Part shown: piece by piece, positions 12,309-25,770 of the stretch
Layout of the letters: each line of letters starts with the position of its first letter
Numbering within the stretch: position 1 is the first letter of the stretch
From: Lingula anatina
Lineage: Eukaryota; Animalia; Brachiopoda
Reading direction: 5' to 3'
DNA length: 64,000 nt
Assembly (NCBI GenBank): GCA_051362555.1
Contig: CM120640.1
Span: 6,944,001 to 7,008,000, forward strand
Program-made: the position numbers and the translations under genes
The notes under the pieces: generated by a model
Database searches by the model: none
What the model saw: only the letters and a program-made list of their open reading frames with translations
What the model was told of the DNA's origin: nothing

Positions 12309-15300
12309 TCAAAGCTCATGTCCCTCCTTGTAGGTTTTTTCACCCTCTCTGTTTCTTCTAGGCATCAGGCTGTCTGGTAGATCATAGTAAATCCTGTCCT
12401 CATCATACCCCTGATCACGCACCCACTGCATATCTGCTTGTTTCAGGTCATCAGCAGCAGTTGTCCATATGGTGAGACTATAGGAGAGAGACTGATCCAA
12501 CAGCCACTTTAGCTGAGGCCATGATGGTCGCACAGCAATGGCACGGACAGGAAAGGTGATAGGTTGGGTCAAGTTGATACAAATGCCAGCCATTTCTTCT
12601 ACCATGGCCTGTGTGTATCCTTCATTTGTGCTGGAATTATTCCAGGCAGTTTTCCACCCTATTGATAATGTTGCTTGAGGAAAGTTTTGTTGGATAACAC
12701 TGATGAATTCTGCAGCATCAACTGGTTTGCTGCCAGCTGCATTAGGTCCAACAAGTATATCAGCATTAAGCCAAACTGGCTGACGCAGACTGCCCCTGGA
12801 TGAATTAAGAATTTGCAAGCATGGTTCAACTGCTCCGATGCTTTTAAAATCTAGTTTCAGCCCTTTTTTAGTTTGAACAACATTTGTGAACCAGTTTTGA
12901 AAGGTATTATCACTATCTATAGCTGGAGGGTGTGCCATAATAGGAATGTCTGTTTGACTAGCTGTGCCCTGACCACGAAGTAAGATGTCCGCCTCCAACA
13001 TCATGACATCACCTGAAATTGATAGCCCAATGATAACTATTACATGGACAACCTTTGTACCATAGAAAAATAAGATCTTTAAATTGAAAAAACAAAAATC
13101 AATTGTGTTGAAAAGTGCACAACTGACAGTAATTTTTTTTTTTTTGCCTTAGGTTACTGCCCATATTGAATTTTTTAAAAAGGAAGTGTTAATGTACAGC
13201 TGCAGAACAAATATCAACTGCTGATAAGTAAATAAACTGGTTTCCAAATAATCAGTGCTTACTTTTCAAAGCCATTTCCATGTCTGCTATACTGTTAGCA
13301 GCATGAGCCCATGTGATATCAATAGCATCTCTGTCTTTAACATCAAAGAAGTTGAGGGGACTTCCTGCTGTTACAGATAATTCCTGAAATTCTTTAAACT
13401 TGGTTCCTGGTAAATCATAAAAGATCTTTTCAATATACCAATTGTTTCGAACATAAAGTAAGTCGTATAAATCTGTTCCTTCTTTGTCTGTTACTCCTGA
13501 AGGGTTCCAAACTGTCAGCGTAAAATTGGAGTTCTGGCTCAGCAACCACTGAAACACACAATAAGAAGAATTAAGCTTTATTTAAATGAGGCATATTTAT
13601 TAAGAAAAATTATAGACGGATGCCTTATGCTAAAATTTATATTATTGTATTTTCATTTTTAACAATACACCATTTAAAATATAAGCTTACTTTTAAATTG
13701 GGCCAAGCATTCTTCACAAGAGCTGCTCTGACTGTTATAGACACTGGCTGCTTAAGGTTCTTAATAAGAGAATACATTTCCTCCATCATGCTTTGTGTTT
13801 AAGAAGTTTGAGAAGAGTCAGATGCCCAAGCTACGGACAATGTCACTGCAGGATAGATTTGGTCAATTTGTGAAAACAACCTGTAAAATAGCAAAGGTTA
13901 TCAAAAGAAGGAAACAAGATTATATAATATGTGATTGTTGACTTTCTGAAAACATGTCAAAGTATGCTATTTTCATGTTCAACTTGATAACAAGGCAACA
14001 TACTTGTTCTGATACATTTGACACCTTTCACATGAAACATGGAGCAGCTGAAAATATCATTCAATCAAAACTGTTTGGAACCCTATACTTAAAACTTATT
14101 CATATTTACCAGGTATATATTTATACACAAGCAAATATGTGAGAATAAGAGTTTTGTTCTTACTGCATAGGATTAATCATAGTTTTGTTGGTTCCGGGAC
14201 CTAAAAGTATGTCTGCATGTATCCAAACTGGTATCACTATACGATCCTTCATGGCTTGCAGAACCTTTAACGTGGGTCCAATAACACTGTCATGCTTCAT
14301 GTTCAACTTGACACCTGTAAAGAAAATCAAAATAGAATCCTAGAAAAATGTCAAAAGAAGTGTGAAATGTTGCTTACATGCTAACTAATAGAATTCAAAT
14401 ATATAGGAGCAGATACAAAATCTGTTATTAAAAAACTTAAACCAAGGAAAACAATCTGATTGGTATCACATCTGTATGTGACTCATATGTTCCGAATTAA
14501 ATTGGACTGAGTGTGGTCCTCCACACGCCCTCCTCCAACGTAAATCTAAAAATAAAAATGTGCATTATCAACATACTGTGCAAATGACAACTGTACCTTT
14601 TTTCCTGCCATTCAGATTAGCATCTAAAATGGCTTCAATCCACTCTTGCAATGTATTATCCCTTGCGACAGATGGCACAGGAGTTTCATCTTGACCACTC
14701 GGGCTTCCTCCCAAAGTAACGTCTGCTTCCAACATCATGGCATCACTATTCAGGACATCTTCCATCTGATTCTTTGACATATCCCCATTGTACCATATGA
14801 CTGCAAGACCATCTGTTACGTTGAAAAACTGAAGTGTATCCATGCTGGCAAAAGGCTGGCTACCTGAAAATGAAGATAAGATATTGCAGATTATTACATG
14901 GATCCATAAGACTGCTAGCTTTAATATTTTTAAGAATGTGCACCATGAGAGCTTAACTGGATGTAATGAGACCCCATGACACAAGCAACCATGCATCTTA
15001 CTCATGTGCATCACACCCAGGAAATATATCCATGTACTCCAGTATCACAAGCTTAACTGAGGTTTGGCACATTTTACTGTTATAAACTATGTGACACATG
15101 CACTCATATTCAGAACTTCTGATAAAGGTATTAAGAGTCAATACTGGCCTAGAACTATTACTGGTATTGTTCTCAAAAGAGTAATACCTCCCAAGTTAGG
15201 TCTCTTATATCAGCCAGCTTCTTTATTTATTAATTATGAACCCTGCTTGTCAAATAAAGTATGGCACACTGATGTGGATATTTGGAAATGAAGAGGCTGG

Positions 15301-16676
15301 AAAGCATTCAATTGGAAGCTGTATGTGTATCTAGTTGCGACTTTATGTAATATACTGTTCTTACTTTGAACAATCCTCTTCTTATCAACAACAAAGACAG
15401 CCACCAATATGGCACAAATTACTAGTACAAGCAGCAGCAGTGCAACTCCAATACAACAAAAGATATGTTTTCTGTTGCAATTTGAAGCATATCTTCTGTT
15501 TCTGATATCTGTAAAAAAAACCCGGAAGGTTATGTACACTATATAGGTCTCTAACACTGCTATTCAAGTTTTCTACAGGTAAGCACATGAGTACTTGCAA
15601 AGTGAACATTTTGTGTAATAGGGGCCGTAGCGATAGTCCGAAGGTTCAATAGTCCGAAGGTTCATTGGTCCGAAGGTTCAATGGTCCGAATGTGCATTGA
15701 AGGTTCATTGGTCCGAAGGTTCGATAGTCCGAAGGTGCATTGGTCCGAAGGTTCATTAGTCCGAAGGTTCGATAGTCCGAAGGTTCGATAGTCCGAATGT
15801 AGGCCCGCTGTATAAGTGTATAGTGAATTACATGTACAGGGGCGGATTCAAGATTATTTGAAGGGGGATCCGCGGATGCAAAGCCCCCACCCCCCTTGGC
15901 GTAGGATCTGGGGCCCGCTAAAGGGCCCCGAAAATTGTTGGTGTCTCAAAATGACCACCTATTTATCTAGAGACACATCTGTGAATATCTGTAAAAAATC
16001 TATCAGTCGCCCTGGTAGAGGGTTTAAAAGTTAGGTCTGCACGGGCAAAAATAACGTCAATACTAGCATATTACATAAGTTACAAAAAAAAAAAAAAAAA
16101 ACAGATCGTGATGTTTTTCATGGGATTGGAAGTTGACGATATTTAACTGCAAAGGTTTATTTTGTAAAATCAAATGGAAATTTTCTCACGAGTCACGAGT
16201 GTATCTACTTTTTGCATAGTACGTTTTTCTTCGTTTAAATGAATTTGTTACAAAGACAGCATTTTTGATGTTGTTCATCAGATTAGAAGTTTAACTGTTT
16301 TAGAATATTTCAACATGTTCAAAACTGCCTTCTCACTTGTATTTTACGTTTAATAAATAAATAAATAAGTAAATAAATAAATAAATAAATAGGCCCACCG
16401 GGTTGATATGGCGTTGCCACATTTCTATTTCAGATTATAAACGTTTCAGCACCTTCAGTATTGCTGGGGAAGAGGGGGTGGAATTAAATATGTATTACTA
16501 TTTGTGGATATTTGAGCATATTACTGTATTCTGATACAATTTTTATGTTTAAAGCCCTAGTAAGGGAAAAGTTTGTTTTCGTAAATGCTCGTAATTTTTG
16601 TTTATATGCCAAGTTTACACTCCAGTTAATTCATCCTCATCCCTATGAGTAATACAATACTGCTGGCGGAACGGCT

Positions 16677-16727
<51 letters not shown>

Positions 16728-18419
16728 GGGGGGGGAGGGGGAGGGTAGGGGAGTGGGCTGTGCGAACAACAACATAGTTTGTTTGGAAATGCAATTATTC
16801 TACAACTTTTACATAATTTAAGTAATGTAGGTTAGAAGAATTTGAATTCTAATCATAGTATCTTAAGACATCGTAAGAAACTCAAACTAATTGTAAAAGC
16901 GCTCTTGGATAGTTTGGATTGATGGACTGGTAAAGTCAGTCCAGGAAAAATGCCGTTTACCCGTGTGAAATGTGTTTTCCAAGGGAGTTTGCGCCTTTTC
17001 AGAGCTTAAATTAAATAATCAAGGTAAATACACCCAGTAACTCCTGAATAAAAAAGAAATGTAAAACAGTAGATTAAAAAAATGAAATCAAAAATAATAC
17101 TTACTTTCCCTATCAACTCTGAAAACGTTTCCTCACAATGATAACATCAGAAATAACATATTAGGGCATTCTCCCCTGCAACTCATCTGGCTTAGTCTAG
17201 GTGAAGAAACGGTAACGGTTAATTGTATCCCCCATGACGCGGAACTGGCGGAGGCTGTACGAGATGGGTCGGGATTAAGCCCATGTCTACCGCCACGCTC
17301 ACGTTGGTGGTACGCTTATTGGTCGCTGGAGGGTGGAGTTGTCTGTTAACTGCCTTTCTTGAACCGACCTATTCATCCAGTCTTGAAAAGTCGATTATCA
17401 CTGATTTTTACGAAACTGTTGACTTGATATTCATGAGTACAGGGTGGACGTGAACCGCAATCGGTCTCTAGAAAAACGGGACTCTCCCGCAATCCAAAAA
17501 ATTTCGTAATTGAAACACCCGTTTTTTTCTTTTGAAAATAATCAGTGTGCGCTTAAAGGTAGCCTTGATGGAGCGTAAAACCACTTTTATCAGTTTCTTA
17601 TACAATTCAAAAATAATAGCACAGGCCATTCGATTAAATGTCATTATAGGCGTCCTCTCATTTTATGCGTTCCAATCTTTATTCAAGATTTCATGTGAAA
17701 CATGTATGGTGTTCATGAGTTGGAAAGGGTAGCCATTGCATATCCCGAAACTTCCCCACATTGTAAAGAGTAGTTCACGGAAACAATACGACCTATGTGG
17801 ATAATTTTCACGTGCGTTTCGGTCGCACTCAAAACGAAATGATAAAGATTCTAGAAGCTGAGTTCACACGAAAGTTAATCACCCCCTAGCAGCTCCAGGA
17901 TTGCTAATCTGATTGCATACAGTGAGAATCCTGGTGGAGTTGGATCAATCTACGTAGAATGATAGTTTCGTTGGGAACGCACCCTTAGATTCCGTTTGTA
18001 ATAATAATTCTTAAAATCGAAGAACATCTTAAAATGTTTCGGACTATCGAACCTTCGGACTAATGAACCTTCGGACTATCGAACCTTCGGACTATCGAAC
18101 CTTCGGACTAATGAACCTTCGGACCAATGGACCTTTAATTTTCGGACTAATGAACCTTCGGACCAATGAACCTTTTTGTTGAAAATCTGATGAAAAATTT
18201 ACGAATTTTCGGACCAATGAACCTTCGGACCAATGAACCTTCGGACTATCGAGACGCCCCCGTGTAATATTTGCATATTTTGTGTAATATTTGCATACAG
18301 TTTTTTTTTTTTAATTGACCCAAACAGGATCGATGTATTCGGTCTCGGGCTACAGCCGCGTGCACACAGTTTGAAAGTATCTGTGCTGCGGATAAACGAA
18401 TGCACTTACCAACTGCCAT
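12309..18419 (-). CDS. FAM151A: FAM151A-like type II membrane protein with two menorin (DUF2181) domains; in-frame TAA in exon 5, possibly a null allele
   Basis: Phase-consistent exons 18419-18410 (MAV, tentative), 15508-15365 (TM helix), 14863-14597, 14314-14164, 13880-13691, 13548-13263 and 13012-12309. Motifs ITWAHAANS, MMLEADI, PIMAHPP, KGLKLDFKS, PVWLNADIL, TFPVRA and IYYDLP. Confidence 0.85.
16352..16391. repeat. (AAAT)n microsatellite
   Basis: Directly visible; a ~50-nt poly-T follows at about 16678-16726. Confidence 0.9.
17195..17312 (-). mobile_element. Diverged remnant of the HINE 5' end
   Basis: GTCTAGGTGAAGAAACGGTAACGG...CCATGTCTACCGCCACGCTCACGTTGGTGGTAC aligns with 1337-1448. 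Confidence 0.75.
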
Positions 18420-19182
18420 CAGAAGGCAACATATCGCCCCGTGTTCTACAAGGCATGCATTTCAACTTCCTGTTACAGCTACTTCACACATGCGCATTAG
18501 AAACACGACCGATGCTACCCACCCTCCCACCCACTGCGACGTCAACAAGCCTGCTAGCCTACAGATTCGCATAAGGAAACGCGCTTAACGAGGTTAAAGA
18601 GATAACAGGTGTTTGCTCTGGTAAAAAATACGGATTTTCCTAGGGTAAATGACGATTTTCCAAAACTTACCAATGGTTATTGAATCCATTCCAACATTCA
18701 AAATTAGTCAATGTTGTTTTTCTAAAAAGTCTGGTCTGATATACATGTAGCATGCTTAGAACAAAGGAGCTGGCTGAGGGATTCAGCTGCAATCTTTTTC
18801 ATAAAAATATACTTTTAAAATGAAAATGAAATACAAAATCCTTCCTACCGTAGTTGCCGGTTTTGCTGTCTATCCTGCTGTTGTAAATATAAACTTAGAT
18901 GGTCTTGTTGTCTTCTAAAATTAGCGGATTTTCTCTGAAAGTATGAGTATGGAATTGCTTCTACTCTTTGTAATTTGAAATCTTGACGGTTAATTATTCT
19001 TCAATCACCAGCTCAAAGTGGGTCAAGTTTGAGTGGCCAGCTGGTGCTCACGTGATACCTCATTTTGCTAGGCCTGCCTGTTGTTGAGCTGTGGTGGAAT
19101 TAGGGAGCTGTCACACCCCCTTCGATTTCTGAAAAAAAGTCCCCTCTTTAAATTAGAATTTTGACAAGCTGAATCATAGTTC

Positions 19183-20201
19183 TAGGAGCCTACGCGTGCG
19201 TCTTTTAGACGCCCCTTTACATGCGAAAACGACAAGGCCTATGCCGAGTTCGTCTTTTACTACAGAGCTTTGAGAGCCGAAAATGACATGGCTGTGTCTC
19301 TTTCGCCACTTACTGAACTCCATAGATGCGAGATTGACACGACCCATGTCGCGTTCGTCTCTCAAATGACACTGTTATAAAACATGAAATAGGCATGACA
19401 TGTGTGATTTTTGCAGCTGTATAAGTAGACCCTTGTAAACGAAGTTGACGTGACCTTGAGAGTCATGTCGCTTTCAACTCTTATACAAACCTCCAACAAA
19501 ATCTATCTCCACACAGATGCGCGCAACATGTACTATTGGACATGGGTCAGTTGAAACACTATTAACATAAAGGGCTCATGTTACTTTCAGCCAACTCTTA
19601 TATGTCAAATCCAATTAATTTGAAACTGAAGTGCTGTCCCAAAACATTTTTTCATTTGAATCCCATCATAATTTAGTGCTATCTACATAACAGTGGCTAA
19701 TTGCTTGTAATAATTATATGACCTTCCAATTTTATTTTGAAGGATTCAAATATAAAAGGTTTTAAGACGGTCCTTCTGTTTCAAATTAATTGGCTGAAAG
19801 TAACATGAGCCCTTTAGGTTAATAGGGTTTCAACTGACCCATGTCCAATAATATACATGTCGCGCGCGTCTATGTGGAGATAGATTTTGTTGGAGGTTTG
19901 TAAGAGTTGAAAGCGACATGACTCTCAAAGTCACGTCAACTTCGTTTACAAGGGTCTACTTATACAGCTGCAAAAATCACACATGTCATGCCTATTTCAT
20001 GTTTTATAACAGTGTCATTTGAGAGACGAACGCGACATGGGTCGTGTCAATCTCGCATCTCTGGAGTTCAGTAAGTGGCGAAAGAGACACAGCCATGCCA
20101 TTTTCGGCTCTCAAAGCTCTGTAGTAAAAGACGAACTCGGCATAGGCCTTGTCGTTTTCGCATGTAAAGGGGCGTCTAAAAGACGCACGCGTAGGCTCCT
20201 A
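19183..20201. mobile_element. Long palindromic MITE (about 412-bp arms, 195-bp spacer, TA at both ends)
   Basis: 19183-19594 is a near-perfect reverse complement of 19790-20201; this explains the mirrored ORFs 19174-19365(-) and 20019-20243(+). Confidence 0.9.
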
Positions 20202-20445
20202 TGGGAACCCTACCAAATGGCACCGTTCGTCCTCTTACACTAAAGGTTTTGGGGTCCTTCAAGGGGCCCCGAACCCCACTCCAAAGGGGGGGAGGATCGC
20301 GGTCGGCTTTGCATCCCCGGACCCCCCCCCCCCCCTTCATATATTCCTGGATCCGCCCCTGCTGAGGTAAACATTTTTCGGAATTAAACTAAAGTAGCTT
20401 TGACAAAATGGTACAATGTCTATATATTGTGCAAACAGAGTGTGT

Positions 20446-21149
20446 TGTAATGAACCTATTCATACATATGGGACGAATGTCCTAAACTTATATAATTTTA
20501 GTAGACTTACGCTTACTTCAAGCGAAACCACGTCCGTCTCCGCGCTCCGGCTCTCCCGATCTCCTCAATAAATATTGTATATATTGTTATTTAGAGTGAA
20601 TGACTCCAACATGAGTAATGGAAAAAATTTTTTTTTCTTCTGGAAAAAATGGAAGGAATATGTCGTGTCCGACATAAAGATATCTTATAAGGTCATACGA
20701 TGTAACGTGTTGTGGTCCATTAGTTCCTGAGTAATTTGGTGGCCTCTTTGTGTAAGGCCTAGGTAAAGAAATTAATTATACAATTATATAAGTAATTAAA
20801 GTTTGCGTGCATCGAACATAGATAAGAAATAAATATATTAGCGATAGGAATAGAGATCCGAGGGAGAGAGGAGACGAGTAGGAGGAGAGAAAGAGATCGG
20901 TAGAGCCGGAGCCTCACAATATGTCCGGTAGATGCCGAGCGTCGACGAATAAATCGAAACAGGCCATTATGTGGACTTGGGGTTTTCTTTGCTCGACCTT
21001 ACGTAAATCTGACTCGAACTTTAGATTGCGTTATCCGTTAAGTAAGTCGAAAACAAATTGTCCTATTTCGAGCCAACGCTTAATTTAAGCGTACTAAAAT
21101 TATATAAGTTTTGGACATTCATCCCATATGCATGAAAAGGTTCATTACA
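20446..21149. mobile_element. MITE with TGT...ACA ends (Ginger-like)
   Basis: About 60-bp imperfect TIRs TGTAATGAACC...TAAACTTATATAATTTTAGTA / TACTAAAATTATATAAGTTT...GGTTCATTACA, flanked by GTGT(GT) on both sides. Confidence 0.75.
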
Positions 21150-21755
21150 GTGTGTTTGGTTTTCCTTTAGCCAGAGATCAAGGGAATGTGTGCCTCTATA
21201 TAAGCCCTTGGTGTGCTTCTGAAACATGGCTTAAAAACAGTTGCGCAGGGGTTACAGTGGTTACATTTTTTATAAATGAAGGTAGAAACATAATTATGGC
21301 CTGTTTATAAATTTACTCATTATTTGTGTTTAGGGCAGGACCTATGGAGATTAATTTGTTTATGGTAGGAAACCTATGGAGACTTTTCAGAAGATAAAGC
21401 CTACTCAGAATTGTCTTAACGCAGACGAAGCTCATCCGCGAACAAATCCCTGTAGGCCTATACTAAGAACAGGCCTAATACTAGTTCAAACCTTATCTAC
21501 GTAGGCTACGATCTCTGTTACTTGTCCATTTTCCCTCTCATTGGATGCTCTCCTAGTTTAATTAGATAATAATATATTCAAACTGAGAAAGAAGCGATTA
21601 GATTGACTCAGTATGATTAGATTTTAAAAAATTAATTTCGTTTTATAAAGATTCTTTGTGTTTTTCTACAATAGCTTCGTGCCTACACAAGATGAACTAG
21701 GATCCTTCTAACAGCGAAAATTGGTAGCAAATTATTATTGATATCAAATATTGTA

Positions 21756-21938
21756 CAGGCTCGTAGCCGGGGGGGGGGGGGGGGGGGGGGGGTTCGGGGG
21801 GTTCGAAAGAACCGCCCCTTTTGCTAGGAAAAGGTCCACTCTGGGTAAAATTTGATCTAGGCAATGAAGTTTTTATGGAAAAAGGCCAACTTTTTCAGAA
21901 AAAGAACCCCCCTTTTGAAATTGCTGGCTACGGGCCTG
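21756..21938. mobile_element. Short MITE with poly-G tract
   Basis: TIR CAGGCTCGTAGCC / GGCTACGGGCCTG; flanks TTGTA / CTGTA. Confidence 0.7.
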
Positions 21939-22352
21939 CTGTAACAAAAATGGCCCTTGACGAAGTGTGGTGTCCAGTAAGCTCGGATCGACAGTATAGG
22001 AAACGCGGAGAAACCCGACAACAGTCTCGAAGTTAATAACCAACAATAAAAATAGAACAAAAATTATAATGTAAAGAAAATATTGGAAATTATTTTATTT
22101 TCCACAAGTAAAAATGCATGTAACAATATATTCCATGTCAAGATGTAACAAGCCCTATCGTTTGACAGGGAGCATTGATCTGGTAACGGTGGTTAGTCCA
22201 GATCTAGCCTCTATGTTTGTATATTAAGATGTCCATTTTCATCATTGACGTTATTTTTAATAGAATACTGTCTAATATTAGATGACCATTTTCGTCATTG
22301 TTGTTATTTTTGATAGAACAATTCAGTTAAGTTCAAAATGAAATGCCATCAA

Positions 22353-24841
22353 TCAAGCGCCAAACAAGCCATAGATGGAATCCATAACCCTCCTGAAATA
22401 CCCGGTGGACTGGAATATTCTCTGAACGGCGTCGTTGTTGGGGTTTCCTTGCCTCCCGTCCCACTTCAGCTTCATACAGCGGTTGGAGTCCGTGGAGTAG
22501 TCGAGTGATAGCGCCCACATTTTTTGGCACAGGCCCCTGCCGTCTTTGTATGTCTGAAGGACAAAAAATCATAAATGATTTGTTTAAAATTAGAAAAGAC
22601 ATTCCATATGAGAGAGATAGGTAGAGCGAACATAATTTAATGAAACTTCACTTTATGCTTATGCAGTTGCTACATGGTAAATGCATGCTTTCATGCAATG
22701 TAAAAATTTTTGACTCAAAAGTTCATTTCTTAGGCTGCCAAATAAGTAATACAAAAAAAACCAAAAAAACTTGCAGTTGGCCAAATAAGCGTTTTGAGGT
22801 TTGAACGGTAGCCTCTTAGAAATACTGATTGACGGTGCTTTTTGTGCAGTTGGAGTAAAAAAAACACGCCGAAGATTTATGGTAAATTCAAGCTCAGTTC
22901 ACTACGTACCACTTTGCTAATTTTTACACCATCATTTAACAGAAACAGACTGCAGTTGTCCAGAAATTAAAGAAATCGTATGTGAAAAGAATCAGGGCAA
23001 TAACTTTTCTCTGACCACATGGTCACCTAGTAGTCTGTTATAAAATTATTGTATCGGTCTTATTCATCAATTTCGTATACTGTATGATCATGAGAGATCT
23101 CGGAGGGAATGTTAATACAGTTTCGGGGCGATGTTCAAAAACTGATATGCATTTCGACAAACTGTTTTGAATGCACGGGGAGCATTAGCCATCAAAGAAA
23201 AACTGTCCAAAACATTTCTAAAATATGTCCAAGTAGAATATCAACACCGACAAATCGACCGTTTTTCACTTTTAATTTGCTTTTTTTTCGCTTTGTTCTC
23301 GACACGTTAAAAATAAATAAAGATCTCATGACACCGATCTAATTTCAGTCGTTGGGAACGGAGTTTCATTTATAACAAGAAATTTTAATCTTTGATCGCC
23401 ATAGATGGGTGGTTTATTGACATACATTATATAAGCACTATTAAAAAGAACTAGGGTCGCGACCTTCAGAACCACTCCCTCTTCGGAAGCAATCAGTATA
23501 TGTAAAGAAATAATTGATAACGAGGGTGCATTTGGTTTGAAACTGGGATCTCATCATGTCGAATAAATAAATATGTGGAACACCCTAGATCAAACGAGTA
23601 CAATACTGTTATGATAAAGATAAGGAACGAACTAGAACAGATGGGTGATAGCAAAATATACATGTATGATTGACTTTTTAATTCATATTAACACATTACT
23701 CCAGAATAAGATGATTTGAAGTCTATAGTTATATAGGAATATAATTGGAGTTCGAATAAAGTAAATATTTTGTACTACCTCTCTCTAAGACCCCATTCCC
23801 AGAGATTAGATCGATCCAAACTAGATCGACCTAACTCCCTGGGGGTTCACGCTAAATAGCTGTCAGCCGAGCGGGCACGAAAGTTAATTACCCCCTTACA
23901 GCTTGTAGTAGGCAGGACGGACATTTAAGCCGGGTTATCTGACAGTAATCTAGTGAGACTCCCCACGGGGATAGATCGATCTAAAATCTATGGGAATGCA
24001 CCCTAACTGATGATAAGTATAAATCTTTTTTTTCTTTTGTGCCACTTACAACAAATAAATGACCATTCTCTTGTTGCTCTCAGTGTCGCACTGCGTCACT
24101 AACCTACCTCAGCGAATGTTTTACAGGGTCCTTTGCACTGCTTTTCCCCAGACTTTGTGAAGTTCCAATCAGTTAGCCAATTTTCGGCGCACGTGAAATC
24201 ATCTTTACAGGCATCAAACCATTCGTCGCAGTCCGAGGCACAGATAGGGACACGAACCGTAGCGGCGGGATAATTTGGGCTTGCCCAGTGTACAATGTTG
24301 GGAGAGCAGCGATAGAAGCACTCTGTGGCCACCATATGCCGTTCGCATCTGAAGGAAAATGGAAGAGCATTGCTTCATAAAACTTCAGAAAATTTTATAT
24401 GGAGAGAAAGGGGACCTCTCACTCCACTTTTTGACCAGTGTACATTAAAAGTTATCTTTTCAAAATACATGTACATAACCAATTTATATTTGTAATCTTC
24501 GTTTCCAAATTACCGTTTTTATGCCTTGAAGCACCCTCTTAATCAGTAAATGAAGACAGTGCTTAACGATTTACTCACCTAGCGCTCAGCTGTCCACAAA
24601 GGTTCCAGTTAGTGTCTCCTACTTTTGTGATCGGTGAGGCAGCTAGCTGTCGTGTAAATTGGGGCGTGCAGCAGGCGCTGTTTCTGTAGGCGCGGCACGC
24701 TCGAAGATATGGTTCTGGGCCAGGTCTGCTTTTGTGATTCACACCGGCCAAACACTCGTCCCTACGTTGAAAAGTTGCCGACGACAGTTGGGCCGCAGCG
24801 GCCATGACTGCTAAAACGCAGAAATACTTAATGCTTGACAT
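22353..24841 (-). CDS. Riboflavin-binding-protein-like (folate receptor family), paralog B, probably secreted
   Basis: Exons 24841-24579, 24348-24108 and 22553-22353. Signal peptide; CLAGVNHKSRPGPEP, CCTPQFTRQLAASPITKV, ECFYRCSPN, WFDACKDD, NWLTDW and LCQKMW match avian RBP better than FOLR1. Ends ...FRRVMDSIYGLFGA*. Confidence 0.9.
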
Positions 24842-25770
24842 GTTTCAGAGACTTTTGTTTCAGGATGATCTGTCCAATTCTCGTGCTCTGAAGATCTGAT
24901 GCAAGTATTTCTCAGCGGCCTAATATATATACCCGTACCCCTAATACCGGGGGATCAGGGTTCAATGTTACAAAACTATTGACGTAACGAATCACGTTTG
25001 TAAGCATGAGGGTTTGTTAAGATTTCTTCTAGACCCTAGTTATTTTGTTTACTCGGATGATTACTTTGTTTGTGTTTATAATCTTATTGCGTCGTGCTGA
25101 CATTTACATGGCGCGATCATCAGTGGACGGTGGTCGCAGTTTTTACCTGGGGTTTCATCACCTTGACTTTTGGTCTTTTGGAATGCACCCAAACAAGCTC
25201 CTTTATTTAATGATAAAACTTCAAATTAACAATGTTGAGAAACACAGAAAAATATTGTAAAAAGTTTTAATATTTCGAGCACAACAAGCTACCAAAAGTG
25301 AAATCGTCATGTGCTATAACAGTTCAAATGGAATTAAATATATTCCGTCTCATAACGATAAGTACGCATTACCGCCTTTGCTGCATTTTAACGTTAAAAC
25401 AAGTAATAATGAGATTCAAGCAGCTGCGATTTATGCAAAATTTGCAAGTGATATATAAACTATCTACTACGAACATTTGGCGTGCTTTAAGGTCCAATTC
25501 GAAACAATCTCCTTCTTCAATGACAATTCAAAGCAGAAAATATGATAATATAATGCTTTTTCCAAGAATTAAAAAACACAATCGAAAAGTAAGCAAATCA
25601 TACAATAATACATAGAGTAAGTGCGCCAACAAATCAATTTTGTTAAATATGCACTACGGGCTGTTGGTTAATTGTTCGTTTTAGGTGAAAACCAAACGCC
25701 GGCTGATACAAGGACTACTTCCTGAGGAATAAGTAGGCCTATATCCTAAACAAATGATCTCTTAGAAAAA

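Larger units (their letters stand above)
15621..18261. mobile_element. Foldback/MULE-like non-autonomous element in FAM151 intron 1
   Basis: Termini GGGGCCGTAGCGATAGTCCGAAGG and CCTTCGGACTATCGAGACGCCCCC, inverted arrays of a ~20-bp repeat (15632-15798 and 18038-18250), and direct repeat GTGTAATA at 15613-15620 and 18262-18269. Confidence 0.8.

Noticed and set aside
13799-13801. Selenocysteine recoding in FAM151
   Set aside because: The codon is TAA, not TGA, and aligns to Tyr rather than Cys.
15632-15798. ~20-bp repeats (and mirror at 18038-18250) as a CRISPR array
   Set aside because: Head-to-tail repeats without unique spacers, no cas genes, eukaryotic context; they are subterminal repeats of a transposon.
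18849-18960. Donor-like site as the FAM151 first coding exon
   Set aside because: No in-frame ATG before a stop; the 18419-18410 exon fits better. It may be a non-coding alternative exon.
22333-22602. 89-aa minus-strand ORF as a separate gene
   Set aside because: Alternative frame over the last exon of RBP-like paralog B.
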